DNA of 62,533 nucleotides, filler included, from Bacteriovoracaceae bacterium (GTDB lineage: Bacteria > Bdellovibrionota > Bacteriovoracia > Bacteriovoracales > Bacteriovoracaceae), in NCBI GenBank assembly GCA_018649885.1. It is 5 parts of 5 records of this genome, joined end to end, with 100 filler letters (N's around TTAATTAATTAA, not from the genome) between each part and the next. Parts side by side here need not be neighbours in the genome. Positions count along the whole stretch, not along the records: positions 56,932 to 62,533 come from JABIHA010000017.1; 4 more parts are not named here. One strand, 5' to 3'. The notes beneath the pieces are model-generated. The model made no database searches, was not told where the DNA came from, and saw nothing but the letters and a program-made list of their open reading frames with translations. Both the position numbers and the translations under genes were made by a program. Of this stretch, positions 62,401-62,533 are shown piece after piece. Each line of letters starts with the position of its first letter. The first letter of the stretch is position 1.

Positions 62401-62533
62401 GAATGCTGCTAACTTAAGAAAATAGTTGAATGATTTCATAAAACTACGGCCATGCGTAATGGCCGTAGTTAATTCTTTTGATATGATTTTTATCGCCAAA
62501 CAAAAATCCATCCAAAAGGAATATTATGAATTC
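62401..62533 (+). mobile_element. IS4-family left end (TIR, internal hairpin, RBS and ATG at 62526)
   Basis: gaatgctgctaacttaag TIR; AAAGGA-N6-ATG running off the contig. Confidence 0.88.

Overview
The window is five concatenated contigs (1-9121, 9222-24053, 24154-53740, 53841-56831, 56932-62533) joined by artificial 100-nt N/TTAATTAATTAA linkers, so adjacency across linkers means nothing. The AT-rich sequence, many secreted Cys-rich hypotheticals, a prepilin-like protein, a DUF222-like HNH protein and a three-subunit sdhCAB suggest a Bdellovibrionota (Bacteriovoracia-like) genome; this is inference. Recognisable genes are sdhCAB, murG, a fused 2-oxoacid dehydrogenase E1, GH5, nitroreductase, Fic, SDR, an M1 peptidase, YceI and two-component proteins. 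No rRNA, tRNA or CRISPR array was seen. The most unusual feature is contig 2, about 14 kb of unrelated, mostly secreted single genes. They are separated by a modular family of mostly co-oriented palindromic repeats whose hairpin substitutions largely keep G:T pairing on one strand. Four IS4-family ends all abut a similar AAAG-[11 bp]-CTTT motif that resembles the tail of these repeats. Other items of note are a 5.3-kb segment bracketed by inverted IS4 left ends, a secreted ~1570-aa coiled-coil protein with three basic NP-turn repeats, and a giant Ig-repeat lipoprotein divergent from SdrD-B/outer-membrane and LysM/OmpA-like genes.
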